Positions 41,919 to 51,275 of a stretch of DNA of 64,000 nt are shown one piece after another. How positions within the stretch are numbered: the stretch's first letter is position 1; each line of letters opens with the position of its first letter. The notes below the pieces were generated by a model, which made no database searches, was not told the origin of the DNA, and saw nothing but the letters and a program-made list of their open reading frames with translations. Location of the stretch: the NCBI GenBank assembly GCA_042408215.1, contig JAYFMW010000021.1, forward strand, positions 8,683 to 72,682, written 5' to 3'. The translations under genes and the position numbers were made by a program. Source of the DNA: Microcoleus sp. (GTDB lineage Bacteria > Cyanobacteriota > Cyanobacteriia > Cyanobacteriales > Microcoleaceae).

Positions 41919-44900
41919 AATATACTTGAATTAAATCGATGATGATATCTATCCGAAAATTATCGACCAAATCTGTTAAAGCATTAGCGAGAGTTGCCTC
42001 ACTTTCAGGGATTTGCTCGATCAGTTCCAGTAGGCCACTGTCATCAACGCAAAGTGCTGCTTGGTACAAATCGGCCACCCATTGTATGGGCATTACACTC
42101 AAATCCTCGGCGGTCAAAATTTTGGGAGGTATCAGGGGGGACACAGAAGTAGATGACTTTTCTTCCTCATAAATATAACGCAATTTTAGGTGATGCGCTA
42201 TCTTGTCAAAAAGTACGTCTTCCCGAAAGGGTTTACAGATAAAATCGTCACAACCTGTAGACAAAATTACTTGCTGCTGCTCCTCAAAAGCACTAGCAGT
42301 TAGGGCAATAATTATGGTTTCTTGACCTTGTGGAGTTTGCTTAATCAGCCTTGTAGCCTCATACCCGTCCATGACTGGCATCACCATATCCATCAAGATC
42401 AGGTGCGGTTTCCAAGTTAACTGCAAAGCAATACCTTCTTCACCGTTAGAAGCTTCGCGAATTTCAAATCCCAACGGTTTGAGAAGCTCGATCAACAGTT
42501 GGCGGTTTTCGACTATATCTTCAACTATCAATATTCGATAAATTTGCTGTCCGGCTTCTAAAGCAATGACTTGTTTGGTGCTAGATTTTTCTGGTTCATC
42601 ACTTGCTGTTACCAAATTAACTTGGATATTAAATGTAAAACTTGTGCCTTTACCGACTTGGCTTTCAACAGCAATATCACCTCCCATAATCCGAACGAAC
42701 TGTTGGCTTATTGGCAATCCCAGCCCAGTTCCTTGCATTGATTTGCGGCCTGTTTCTGTTTGCACGAACGGCTTAAATAATGTAGGAATTTCGGATTCAG
42801 AAATACCGGGGCCGGTGTCGGCAATTTCAAAATACAGTTGGGATTTTTCATCTCCTGCTACATGGTTGTCTCCTAGACTTCTGACTCGCAGAGTCACAGT
42901 TCCCTGTTGAGTAAATTTGATGGCATTTCCCAGCAAATTAATTAAAACTTGCCGCAATTTAGCTTCATCTGTTTGAATATATTGTGGCAAATCGCAGTCG
43001 AATTCAAAAATTAGCTTTAAGCCTTTTGAATTAGCTTTGAGTTGCAGCATTTCTTTAAGGCTGTTGAGCAGGTTATAGAGGTTGAAGCGACTTTCATTGA
43101 GCGTAATCTGACCAGCTTCTATTTTAGACATTGACAAAACATCATTGATGAGTTCCAACAAATGTTCGCCGCTGCGGTTGATAATTTCTATATATTCTTT
43201 TTGTTCTGGAGTGATGGAACTGTTGCGAGCCATAACTTGGGAAAAACCGAGGATGGCGTTGAGAGGCGTGCGGAGTTCGTGACTCATGGAAGCTAGAAAT
43301 TGGCTTTTGGCACGATTAGCAACTTCGGCGGTTTCTTTAGATTTCATTAGTTCCATTGACTGTCTTTGAGTGTGAGCGAGCAATTCAGCTTGTTGCAATG
43401 CTACTCCTAGCTGCGTGCCTATATGAACTGCGACGTTGATTTCAGCTTCGCTCCACTGGCGGGGCGCTGAGTTTTGATAGGATGCTAGCAATCCCCAGAG
43501 GTTTTCTCCGCATAAAATAGGTACAGTAATATAGGCTTTGACTTCAAATCTTTCTAGCAATTGGATATAACAAGAGTCGAATCCTGCTTGGTAAATGTCT
43601 TCGACGCAGAGGTAAGCTGTCCCTCGCCTGTAGGCTCCGCCTTCGGTTTCTTGCAAATATGTATCGTTGACTGTTTGTGAGGTGCTATCGAATTTTTGGA
43701 CTAGGCAGTTTTCGCTTTCCACAGTGCCTTCTGCGAAGTAGGGATCGCTTTGCTGTTCTTGGATGAGAGAAATCCATTTACTGTCAACGGATTCGGCGAC
43801 AAATTCGCCACTCCAATCAGGATTGAAACGGTAAATGGCGACTCGATCGCACTTCATGGTTTGGCGCAATTCTCGGGTTGTGGCGTGAAAAATATCTCGG
43901 ATCTCTAAGGTCTGGCGCATTCTTTCAATAGTTCTGGCGATCGCTCTTTGCTGCAAAGCACTTTCTTGCAGTGCGGTTTCTGCTTGCTTGCGTTCGGTAA
44001 TATCTACAGCCATTAAAGCAATGCCGATCGCTCTACCGTTTTCATTAATTAGCGGATTATTATACCATTCGCAAAGGATAGTTTTACCATTTTTTGTAAT
44101 AGTTTGATTGGTGGTGCAACTGGCCCCAAAATCGGCATTAATCTTGTTGCTTAAAACTTGAGATATTTGCTGGTAGCAGTTTTCTGGAACGAGAAAATCC
44201 GGGACATTGCAACCGATCGCTTCTTGTTGGCTGTAGCCAAAAATTTTGGCAGCAGCAGGATTCCAAGTAATAACTTCTAAATTGAGATTTAATTCAATAA
44301 TTGCTATGGGGGTTTGCTGCAATAAAAATGAGATTCTTTGCTGTGATTCTAGCAGTTTATCTTCGGCTAATTTACGGTCTGTGATGTCGTTAGCCGTGCC
44401 GAGAATTTGTTGAGGTTTACCATCAGTTTGTCTCAGAAATACTGTATCCCAACTGTGCATCCACCGCCATTCGCCGTTTTTGTGTTTCATTCGGTATTGA
44501 CATTCAATGACATCGCCGTCTTTGGCTCGCTCCACTTTTTTGACACTTTCCAAAAAGGCTGGCAAATCCTCGGGGTTGAACAGCGTTGGCATCATTGCAG
44601 TACCCAGATCTTGTATTTCTTGGGCGGTGTAGCCCAGCATCGTATAAATTTGGCGGTTGCTGTAGATATTGCGCTGTTCAATTAAATCGTAGACATACAA
44701 AAGGTTGGGATTAGCATCGGCGAGGGCTTGAATGAAATGCTGACTTGATCGGAGTGCGGATTCTGCTAGTTTGCGATCGCTAATATCTCGCGCCACAATG
44801 ATTACTGATTCTGGCGAAAGCGGAGAAACTTTAGCGTCGAGCCAAACTTCGCGATCGCCCGCACTAAAGCTATATTCAACATTGATACTTGACTGAGTTT

Positions 44901-46608
44901 TGAGAACTTGTTGGATAGCATCTAATACCAAATCAGCTACAGATTCCGGCAAAAATTCCTGCAGGTTTCTGTTCATCATTTCGCTGAAAGGTTTAACCAA
45001 ATTCGACGAGCTTGTCGGGGCGATTTTAATGCAGCGCCCTGCCGCATCTCTAACTAAAACTAAGTCAGTCATCGCGGCAAAAATCGCCCGCAATTCTGCT
45101 TCAGATTCTTGCAGAGCTTGTTCGGCGCGGATGCGGGTGCGAACTTCTGCTTGTAACTGTTGATTTTGTCGATCGAGCTGTTGGCGCCGCTGTTTTTCTC
45201 GATCGATCAGTTGGACTTGGGCGATCGCAATACCTACTTGAGCCGCCACAGCTTCTAAAAGGTCAATTTCATCTTCAGTCCATGAACGGTAGCGATCGCA
45301 CTGATGCAAGCAGATAGCGCCGTTTGCGCGGCCTTGGTAGGAAGTGCGAACTGCTAGCATCGATTTCAAACCCACCAGGCGACAAATCGGTTGCACTGCT
45401 TGCAAAAGAGGCTCTAAATCAACATTATTAGAGGCGATCGCCCGCTCTTGCAGCATCATTTGCACGACATGAGGATTACCCCAAATCGGAACTGATACAT
45501 TGCGAATTGATTCGCATTCCGGTTCCAGATACTCTGCCGCCAAAGGAATATCGACTTTAGGGTTAGTAACGTAAGTGTGAATTAAACAGCGATTAACCCG
45601 AAATGCCTGACCGATTTGAGTTGCCGCTGTTTGAAAAATTTGCTCTGGCTGCAAGCTAGAACGCATCTCCTGAGTAATTTTTCCGATTAATAATTCTCGC
45701 TGAATTTGCCGTTCTAAGGCTGCTTTAGCGACCGCAGTTTCTATTTCTGATTTTTTGCGATCGCTGATATCAAAAAGTACGCCGTACCACACAATATCTC
45801 CATTATCACGCATTTCAGGTCGAGCCTTTGATTGCAGCCACTTGACTTTTCCTGACGGCGTAACAATCCGCCATTCGCAGGCAAAAGGTTCTAATGTTTG
45901 AGCGCTACTGGCAATTGTTGTTGACAATAATTGTCGGTCATCGGGATGATTTTGATTGAAGCATAGTTCCGCATTCTTCAATATCTCTTCTAGCTCCAAT
46001 TCGTAAATATCTTTACAAGCAGAACTGATATATTCAAAATTTAATTTTCCTGATAAATTATGCACAAATTGATAAATAACTCCCGGTATATTCACCGCCA
46101 ATTTCTGCAACCTTGCTTTGCTTTCCCGGAGTGCTTGTTCTGTTTCTTTGCGAACTTCTACCTCTCGTTGCAGTTGTGTATTCTGCTCTTTTAATTGTTT
46201 CGATAGCTGTTGAATAGTCAGTTGACTTTCGATGCGCGCTAAAACTTCTTCCAATTGAAAAGGCTTAGTAATGTAGTCAACGCCCCCGACTTCAAAAGCT
46301 TTGACTTTATGAAAAGTTTCATTGAACACGCTCAAGAAAATTACCGGAATCTCGCGGGTATTCTCGTTGGCTTTCAGTCTTTGGCAGACTTCATAGCCGT
46401 TCATTCTCGGCATCGCAACCTCAAGTAAAATCAAGTCTGGTAAACAAGAAAAATTAGCATTTACTGCCATTTCTCCAGAAATATAACACTGAACTTTATA
46501 CCCCTCTTGCGTCAATATATTTGAGAGAAACCTGAGATTGTTGGGTTGGTCGTCAATAATTAAAATATGGATACTTTCTTTGTTGATTACCATCTTTGAT
46601 TCTGCCAT
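41884..46608 (-). CDS. Hybrid histidine kinase (REC-PAS-GAF-PAS3-CBCR GAF-HisKA-HATPase-REC) with a cyanobacteriochrome GAF
   Basis: SHELRTPL, NAIKFT and GTGLGL motifs; C-terminal REC. The second GAF has DRVAIYRF.PDWSG, DTYLQET.GG and the bilin-binding Cys in CY. The N-terminal REC has E (LLE) at the phospho-Asp position. Confidence 0.92.
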   Translation of the reverse strand: MAESKMVINKESIHILIIDDQPNNLRFLSNILTQEGYKVQCYISGEMAVNANFSCLPDLILLEVAMPRMNGYEVCQRLKANENTREIPVIFLSVFNETFHKVKAFEVGGVDYITKPFQLEEVLARIESQLTIQQLSKQLKEQNTQLQREVEVRKETEQALRESKARLQKLAVNIPGVIYQFVHNLSGKLNFEYISSACKDIYELELEEILKNAELCFNQNHPDDRQLLSTTIASSAQTLEPFACEWRIVTPSGKVKWLQSKARPEMRDNGDIVWYGVLFDISDRKKSEIETAVAKAALERQIQRELLIGKITQEMRSSLQPEQIFQTAATQIGQAFRVNRCLIHTYVTNPKVDIPLAAEYLEPECESIRNVSVPIWGNPHVVQMMLQERAIASNNVDLEPLLQAVQPICRLVGLKSMLAVRTSYQGRANGAICLHQCDRYRSWTEDEIDLLEAVAAQVGIAIAQVQLIDREKQRRQQLDRQNQQLQAEVRTRIRAEQALQESEAELRAIFAAMTDLVLVRDAAGRCIKIAPTSSSNLVKPFSEMMNRNLQEFLPESVADLVLDAIQQVLKTQSSINVEYSFSAGDREVWLDAKVSPLSPESVIIVARDISDRKLAESALRSSQHFIQALADANPNLLYVYDLIEQRNIYSNRQIYTMLGYTAQEIQDLGTAMMPTLFNPEDLPAFLESVKKVERAKDGDVIECQYRMKHKNGEWRWMHSWDTVFLRQTDGKPQQILGTANDITDRKLAEDKLLESQQRISFLLQQTPIAIIELNLNLEVITWNPAAAKIFGYSQQEAIGCNVPDFLVPENCYQQISQVLSNKINADFGASCTTNQTITKNGKTILCEWYNNPLINENGRAIGIALMAVDITERKQAETALQESALQQRAIARTIERMRQTLEIRDIFHATTRELRQTMKCDRVAIYRFNPDWSGEFVAESVDSKWISLIQEQQSDPYFAEGTVESENCLVQKFDSTSQTVNDTYLQETEGGAYRRGTAYLCVEDIYQAGFDSCYIQLLERFEVKAYITVPILCGENLWGLLASYQNSAPRQWSEAEINVAVHIGTQLGVALQQAELLAHTQRQSMELMKSKETAEVANRAKSQFLASMSHELRTPLNAILGFSQVMARNSSITPEQKEYIEIINRSGEHLLELINDVLSMSKIEAGQITLNESRFNLYNLLNSLKEMLQLKANSKGLKLIFEFDCDLPQYIQTDEAKLRQVLINLLGNAIKFTQQGTVTLRVRSLGDNHVAGDEKSQLYFEIADTGPGISESEIPTLFKPFVQTETGRKSMQGTGLGLPISQQFVRIMGGDIAVESQVGKGTSFTFNIQVNLVTASDEPEKSSTKQVIALEAGQQIYRILIVEDIVENRQLLIELLKPLGFEIREASNGEEGIALQLTWKPHLILMDMVMPVMDGYEATRLIKQTPQGQETIIIALTASAFEEQQQVILSTGCDDFICKPFREDVLFDKIAHHLKLRYIYEEEKSSTSVSPLIPPKILTAEDLSVMPIQWVADLYQAALCVDDSGLLELIEQIPESEATLANALTDLVDNFRIDIIIDLIQVYYDERPSTASDL

Positions 46609-46819
46609 TTTTAATTTTCTAGTTTGAGCTGCGGAGTCATCATTTAGTTAATCGGGATATTCCCTACAAGGGACGATTATTCAGGGAGTTTTTGCTGACA
46701 GCATTAATCAGGCCAAATCAAAATTTTTTGTAGACTGTAGGGCTGGGTTTTAGCAAAGATATTTACAGGTAACTAAGGCGATCGATAAAACCGCCGTAAT
46801 CCAGGTAATATCAACTCTT

Positions 46820-47335
46820 TTATTGGGGACGTTGGGCTAGCAATTCCTGAAGTTTCGCAAAATTTTCATGACTGAGGGCAATTTTTATTTCAAGTTCTTG
46901 TTCAGCATCCCACAGCAGTAAAATATTATTTTCACCCAAGGCGATTTCGGGATTATTCAAGTCAAGTGTTTGATATTTAACTGCGGGGATTCCGATGCGA
47001 ATTACCAGTTCTGATTCCAACTGAGGATAGACGTACAATTGCTGTTGCAAGTTATCGAGTTCCAGTTTATGAACGGTGGTATTCCGTTCCACAGAAGAAT
47101 CAGGTTTGTACCAATAGAGAGTGTCAGAGCTTATGTCGGGGTTGACTATGACAAATTTTTCGTCAAAACGCTGGGGCTGCCAGTGGATTTCGCTCTCACC
47201 GCCAAGGGGAATCAGTCGCTCCACCCAGGTGATTTCTTTACCGTTGAGGTTGGCCCACCACTGACGGATTCGATCGAGAATCTCGGCATTTTCTGGATCG
47301 TTGCTGCCCGACTCCCACACTATTTTTAGCTGCAT
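46820..47335 (-). CDS. Hypothetical protein
   Basis: Likely start is ATG 47335 (MQLKIVW); the upstream extension runs through STRR-like repeats. Confidence 0.65.
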   Translation of the reverse strand: MQLKIVWESGSNDPENAEILDRIRQWWANLNGKEITWVERLIPLGGESEIHWQPQRFDEKFVIVNPDISSDTLYWYKPDSSVERNTTVHKLELDNLQQQLYVYPQLESELVIRIGIPAVKYQTLDLNNPEIALGENNILLLWDAEQELEIKIALSHENFAKLQELLAQRPQ

Positions 47336-47400
47336 ATACAGGTTCTCCGGTGATTTTAAATTTGAGATTTGAGATGGAGATTGGAGACTCATTCCTACTA

Positions 47401-47546
47401 ATACCAGTTTTTTATGAGGCTGCATAGAATCTGATCCCCCCTAACCCCCCTTAATAAGGGGGGAACAAGATTCTGCTCAAAGTCCCCCTTATTAAGGGGG
47501 ATTTAGGGGGATCGAGATCTATGCAACGACCCATTAAATTGGTATA
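47401..47546. repeat. MITE-like element with CCCCCTTAATAAGGGGG hairpins
   Basis: Imperfect terminal inverted repeats (ATACCA...TGCATAGA / TCTATGCA...TGGTAT); same internal family as the 26795 and 31235 elements. Confidence 0.55.
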
Positions 47547-47691
47547 AAATAGTGTAAATGGACTTACCAATTGTCTACCACCAAGATTACGTTGCACCCC
47601 TCCCCTCCGGTCACCGCTTCCCGATGGCAAAGTTTCAACTGCTTTACCAGATGCTGCTCGCGGAGGGGGTAGCAGATCGATCGGTACGCCT

Positions 47692-49029
47692 CTAATCGTT
47701 TAAAAACTCGACATTGGTGGACAAAGAGGCATAACTGTAACCATCAAAGCGGTGAACCGCGCGGCAGTGCTTCCAACGAATACTCTGCAAGCGCACATGA
47801 GCCACAGTCAAATCAAATGCACCGGATTTTCTGACGGTGACTTTACCAACGTGAGTACCAGCGTGTTTCCCAGTAGGAACAATAGCTTTAACCATGTCGC
47901 CCGTTTGAAAACCAAAGTAATTTTTCTGTCGCTCACGTTTGATTAGCTTACCTTCCTTACCACGCTTAGGAAAGCCAAATTTGTCAACTTGACACATTTG
48001 ACGATTTCCATAACCAACAGCCCTTATTGACAGCGGCACTACCCCTGAAACTTTTAGTTTGAGGGGTGTAGATGCCCCAACACAGGCAGCATCCAGCCAG
48101 TGAGTTTTAGGTAGGTTTTGACGACATCGGTTAAACTTTGTCCGCCCACCAGTCCCAACTTCCACGGATAATCCAGTCTCTTTGAGTCGATTAAATAATG
48201 CCCAACGGGTAGAATTAACGGCAGCAGTGTCGGCTTTCTGTTGTTTTACTTGTCTCAGAATGCGCTGTAACAAGTCAGGTTTTTGGGCTAAAAATTCTCT
48301 GAGAGCTTGACGGCCTTTTTTTTGGTTGCAATTCCTACAAGCAATGCCTAAATTACTAATTCTATTTGAACCACCTTTAGACTTCGGTAAAAGATGCTCA
48401 ATCTCCAAACGAGTATCTTTAGCCCCACAGTACATACAGGTATGATTGAATTTGAAAAGCAGAAATTCTCGCACTTCGTAACCAGCTAACTCACCTTGTT
48501 GGTATGCGACTCCACTGATGTCTGGATTCTCCATGAGTTGAGTGTCAAACTTGACTAATTCCTGAGAAATATCAGAAATCAACGCTAGCTTTTGTAACCT
48601 ACGAACCCAAGTTACGATATTCTCAACTCGGCTTTGCAGACTGGGTGGGAGCCACCCTGTAGGGCGTTTCCGGTTATCAAAGCGTGGTTGACGATACCGA
48701 GTTTTTCGATGGCGTCTTCCTCTTCTTAACTGGCGGCGTTTGGTTAAAGCATCGCGAATTTGAAAGCCTCTATGTTCTAGTTCGGCGGCCCAAACTACTT
48801 CTCCTGTTGCATCATCTACCAGTGCTAAGCCAGTCAATTTAGCACCAGGATCTATTTTTAATCGCCAGGGTGCAATTTGGGGATTTGGTAGAACATCTTT
48901 CAGGATGATGGTGAACGGGTAACGTTTCCAGACAGCGGCTTTGCCCTCTTGAAGCAGCATCCTGGCTCGGCCTGGATGGATAGGATTTAGAGGATTTTTG
49001 TTGGTGTCTACAACGAATATTTTGCTCAT
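47692..49029 (-). CDS. iscB: RNA-guided endonuclease IscB (RRXRR/HNH)
   Basis: PLMP-like N-terminus (PLNP), RuvC-I KIDPG, Arg-rich bridge helix, RuvC-II ELVKFD, HNH CxxC..EH..N..CxxCN, RuvC-III HWLDA; GGAGG RBS. Confidence 0.95.
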   Translation of the reverse strand: MSKIFVVDTNKNPLNPIHPGRARMLLQEGKAAVWKRYPFTIILKDVLPNPQIAPWRLKIDPGAKLTGLALVDDATGEVVWAAELEHRGFQIRDALTKRRQLRRGRRHRKTRYRQPRFDNRKRPTGWLPPSLQSRVENIVTWVRRLQKLALISDISQELVKFDTQLMENPDISGVAYQQGELAGYEVREFLLFKFNHTCMYCGAKDTRLEIEHLLPKSKGGSNRISNLGIACRNCNQKKGRQALREFLAQKPDLLQRILRQVKQQKADTAAVNSTRWALFNRLKETGLSVEVGTGGRTKFNRCRQNLPKTHWLDAACVGASTPLKLKVSGVVPLSIRAVGYGNRQMCQVDKFGFPKRGKEGKLIKRERQKNYFGFQTGDMVKAIVPTGKHAGTHVGKVTVRKSGAFDLTVAHVRLQSIRWKHCRAVHRFDGYSYASLSTNVEFLND

Positions 49030-49034
49030 ATTGA

Positions 49035-49268
49035 GCCTCCGAATAATCGGGTGATTTTTGCCTTGGTAATGTTAAGAGGGCTTGTCAGACTAGCAGCACT
49101 TCCTTAGCGAAATAAAGATGTTTAACTGGTAGCGACAGAGCAAGGAGCTGGCAAGCACTCACAGGGTGTCGTGACCTTCTTAACGTAGTCTGTGGTTAGA
49201 CTTAACCGGGCTATCTCTACCAAGGATTTCTCTGGATTGTCCAGGTTTGTCCAGTGGTTCGCGGATAG
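49035..49268 (-). ncRNA. omegaRNA (HEARO-like) scaffold upstream of iscB
   Basis: The minus strand contains CTACGTT..., ACACCCTG.GAGTGC.TGCCAGCTCC..GCTCTG...GTTAAACA and AACATT.CC.AGG, motifs typical of HEARO RNAs, in the canonical position. Confidence 0.8.
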
Positions 49269-49614
49269 CAATTTCACACTCCCGAACTTCCTCCCCAAGC
49301 ATGGATTGAGTTAGTCCACGACGACCACTACGTTCAAGCTTACTGCAACGGCACCCTCGATGCCAAAGCTCAGCGACGAATTGGTCTCCCTTGGAGTCCG
49401 GCCCTGGTGAACCGCACTTGCACGGCCCTCGCAGGTACTGCGATCGCAGCTAGACTCGCTTTAGAATCCGGTTTAGCCTGCAATACAGCCGGCGGAACTC
49501 ATCATGCCTTCCCGAATTATGGGTCTGGTTTTTGTATTTTTAACGATTTGGCGATCGCCTCTCGTGTCCTCCAACAATTGGGTTTAGTTCGTCAAGTCTT
49601 AATTGTCGATTTAG

Positions 49615-51275
49615 CTCAATAGACGGGAATCCCCACACTAGACCGATCGAAGGTTAGTGTGGGATGAGAGTCGCCCATATCTGGATGACGAGACGAGCAA
49701 TTTTCATTCTACTTATTATTGTAACACCATAATTATTGGTTCCTCAAATATCTAATGTCGAAAATTTCTAGATCTTTATGGATAATATGAGTTCATGTAC
49801 TTGACCGAGAATAACATATCTGATAGAGTAATACTAATAGGTGCGACTTTAACTGTGACCCAATGAAAACAACATATCAGTACCAGTTTTATCCAAATAC
49901 CAATCAAAAGTTAGCCCTAAACCAGTGGCTCAGAATTTGCCGTTATTGGTATAATCGCCAATTGGGAGATCGCTTGGATTGGTGGGATAACAACCGCACT
50001 GCTGTAAATGCTTGTCCATCGATCGCCAGTATTTCCCATCCCAGAGAAAAGCCTAACTACTATTCGCAAAAACAACAATTACCCCTCCTCAAAAAAGACT
50101 TGGTAAAGGTTTTTCATAGTGGGGAGTTGTTGGACTTTAAACAGGTAGATTCAACCCTACTCCAAGATGTTTGTAAGCGAGGAGATAAAGCTTTCGAGCG
50201 ATTTATCGTAGGCGATAGTCAGGGTAAAAAATCGGGCAAACCCCGATTCAAAACTGAAGCCGATTACCGGACGATGACTTTCGCCACTGCGAGTAATGAT
50301 TGGATTAAACGGATTCGCAAGAGTTGGATATATATTCGATTACCGAAACTGGGGGTTGTGAAAGTTCGGATGCACCGCCCAATCCCTTATGGATTTACCA
50401 TCAAGCAAGCTAGTGTTACGAAAAAAGCTGATGGTTGGTTCATTCAGTTAATACTCGAAGACATCTCTGTACCTCAATTCACACCTGATAAAGTTATTCC
50501 CACTTGGGATAACTCAATCGGTTTGGATGCGGTGTTACATGAAGATGTCTATCTGGCTACTTCCGAAGGTGAAAAACTACCTTGTTTGAAGCCACTTCGC
50601 AAGAATAAAGCGAAACTAGACCGTATTTCTCAGAAACGAAATAAACGGAAACGAGGTTCTAAATCTCGACGTAAATTGGCCAAAAAAGAAGCTATTCGAC
50701 ATCAAAAGATTGCTCGGTCTCGTAAAGACTTCCATTATAAAACCGCTCATAAGTTGATCGAGACAGGAGCCAAATTTTTCTTTTATGAAGAACTCAATCT
50801 TAAAGGCTTAACCAAGAGAAATAAAGTTAAGCAAGATGATAATGCGAATTATCTTCCCAATGGTCAATCAGCTAAATCAGGGTTGAATAAATCTTGGTTG
50901 GATGCTGCATTTGGTCAATTTTTCCTGACGCTGGAATACATAGCCGCCAAAGCTGGATCAGTCGTCGTTTCACAAAAACCTGCTTATACCTCAATGGTTC
51001 TCTGTTATCGGAATGAAATTATTTTCACTGATTGTAGTATGAGAGACTATTGGGACGAGCAAAATTCTTTGATGGTAGATCGTGATATTAATGCTGCGAT
51101 CAACCTAAAAAGACTGGGGTTGGACATTTTCCCCAGTATAAAACGCTGTAGTGGGAATCTTTCTATAGTAGGAACTATGGATAAAAGTACCACAAAGGAA
51201 ATTTTGTATACCCTTAATCGGGCTACAAAGAAGCCCACGTCATAGCGTACTCGCTTGACGTGTGGAGTATGTCAC
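49615..51275 (+). mobile_element. IS200/IS605-family (IS1341-type, tnpB only) element
   Basis: Preceded by TTAG. Left hairpin CCCACACTA...TAGTGTGGG; right end AAGAAGCCCACGTCA...TGACGTGTGGAGTATGTCAC. No recognisable tnpA. Confidence 0.88.
49863..51245 (+). CDS. tnpB: RNA-guided endonuclease TnpB
   Basis: N-terminal HTH (YQYQFYP..Q), GKPRFK, RuvC-I IGLD, RuvC-II FYEELNLKGL, RuvC-III DRDINAAIN. Confidence 0.93.
   Translation: MKTTYQYQFYPNTNQKLALNQWLRICRYWYNRQLGDRLDWWDNNRTAVNACPSIASISHPREKPNYYSQKQQLPLLKKDLVKVFHSGELLDFKQVDSTLLQDVCKRGDKAFERFIVGDSQGKKSGKPRFKTEADYRTMTFATASNDWIKRIRKSWIYIRLPKLGVVKVRMHRPIPYGFTIKQASVTKKADGWFIQLILEDISVPQFTPDKVIPTWDNSIGLDAVLHEDVYLATSEGEKLPCLKPLRKNKAKLDRISQKRNKRKRGSKSRRKLAKKEAIRHQKIARSRKDFHYKTAHKLIETGAKFFFYEELNLKGLTKRNKVKQDDNANYLPNGQSAKSGLNKSWLDAAFGQFFLTLEYIAAKAGSVVVSQKPAYTSMVLCYRNEIIFTDCSMRDYWDEQNSLMVDRDINAAINLKRLGLDIFPSIKRCSGNLSIVGTMDKSTTKEILYTLNRATKKPTS

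Larger units (their letters stand above)
47684..49268 (-). mobile_element. IscB-omegaRNA element (1585 bp, no transposase), no target-site duplication
   Basis: Boundaries are defined by in-frame restoration of the HDAC gene (1-nt ambiguity). Confidence 0.88.

Noticed and set aside
49680..49860. tnpA gene or remnant in the TnpB element
   Set aside because: No ORF or HUH motif is recognisable on either strand.
47684..51275. Self-splicing intron (IStron) explanation for the HDAC interruptions
   Set aside because: The IscB element is antisense to the host gene, no group I or II intron core is visible, and the host gene also lacks a metal-binding segment.
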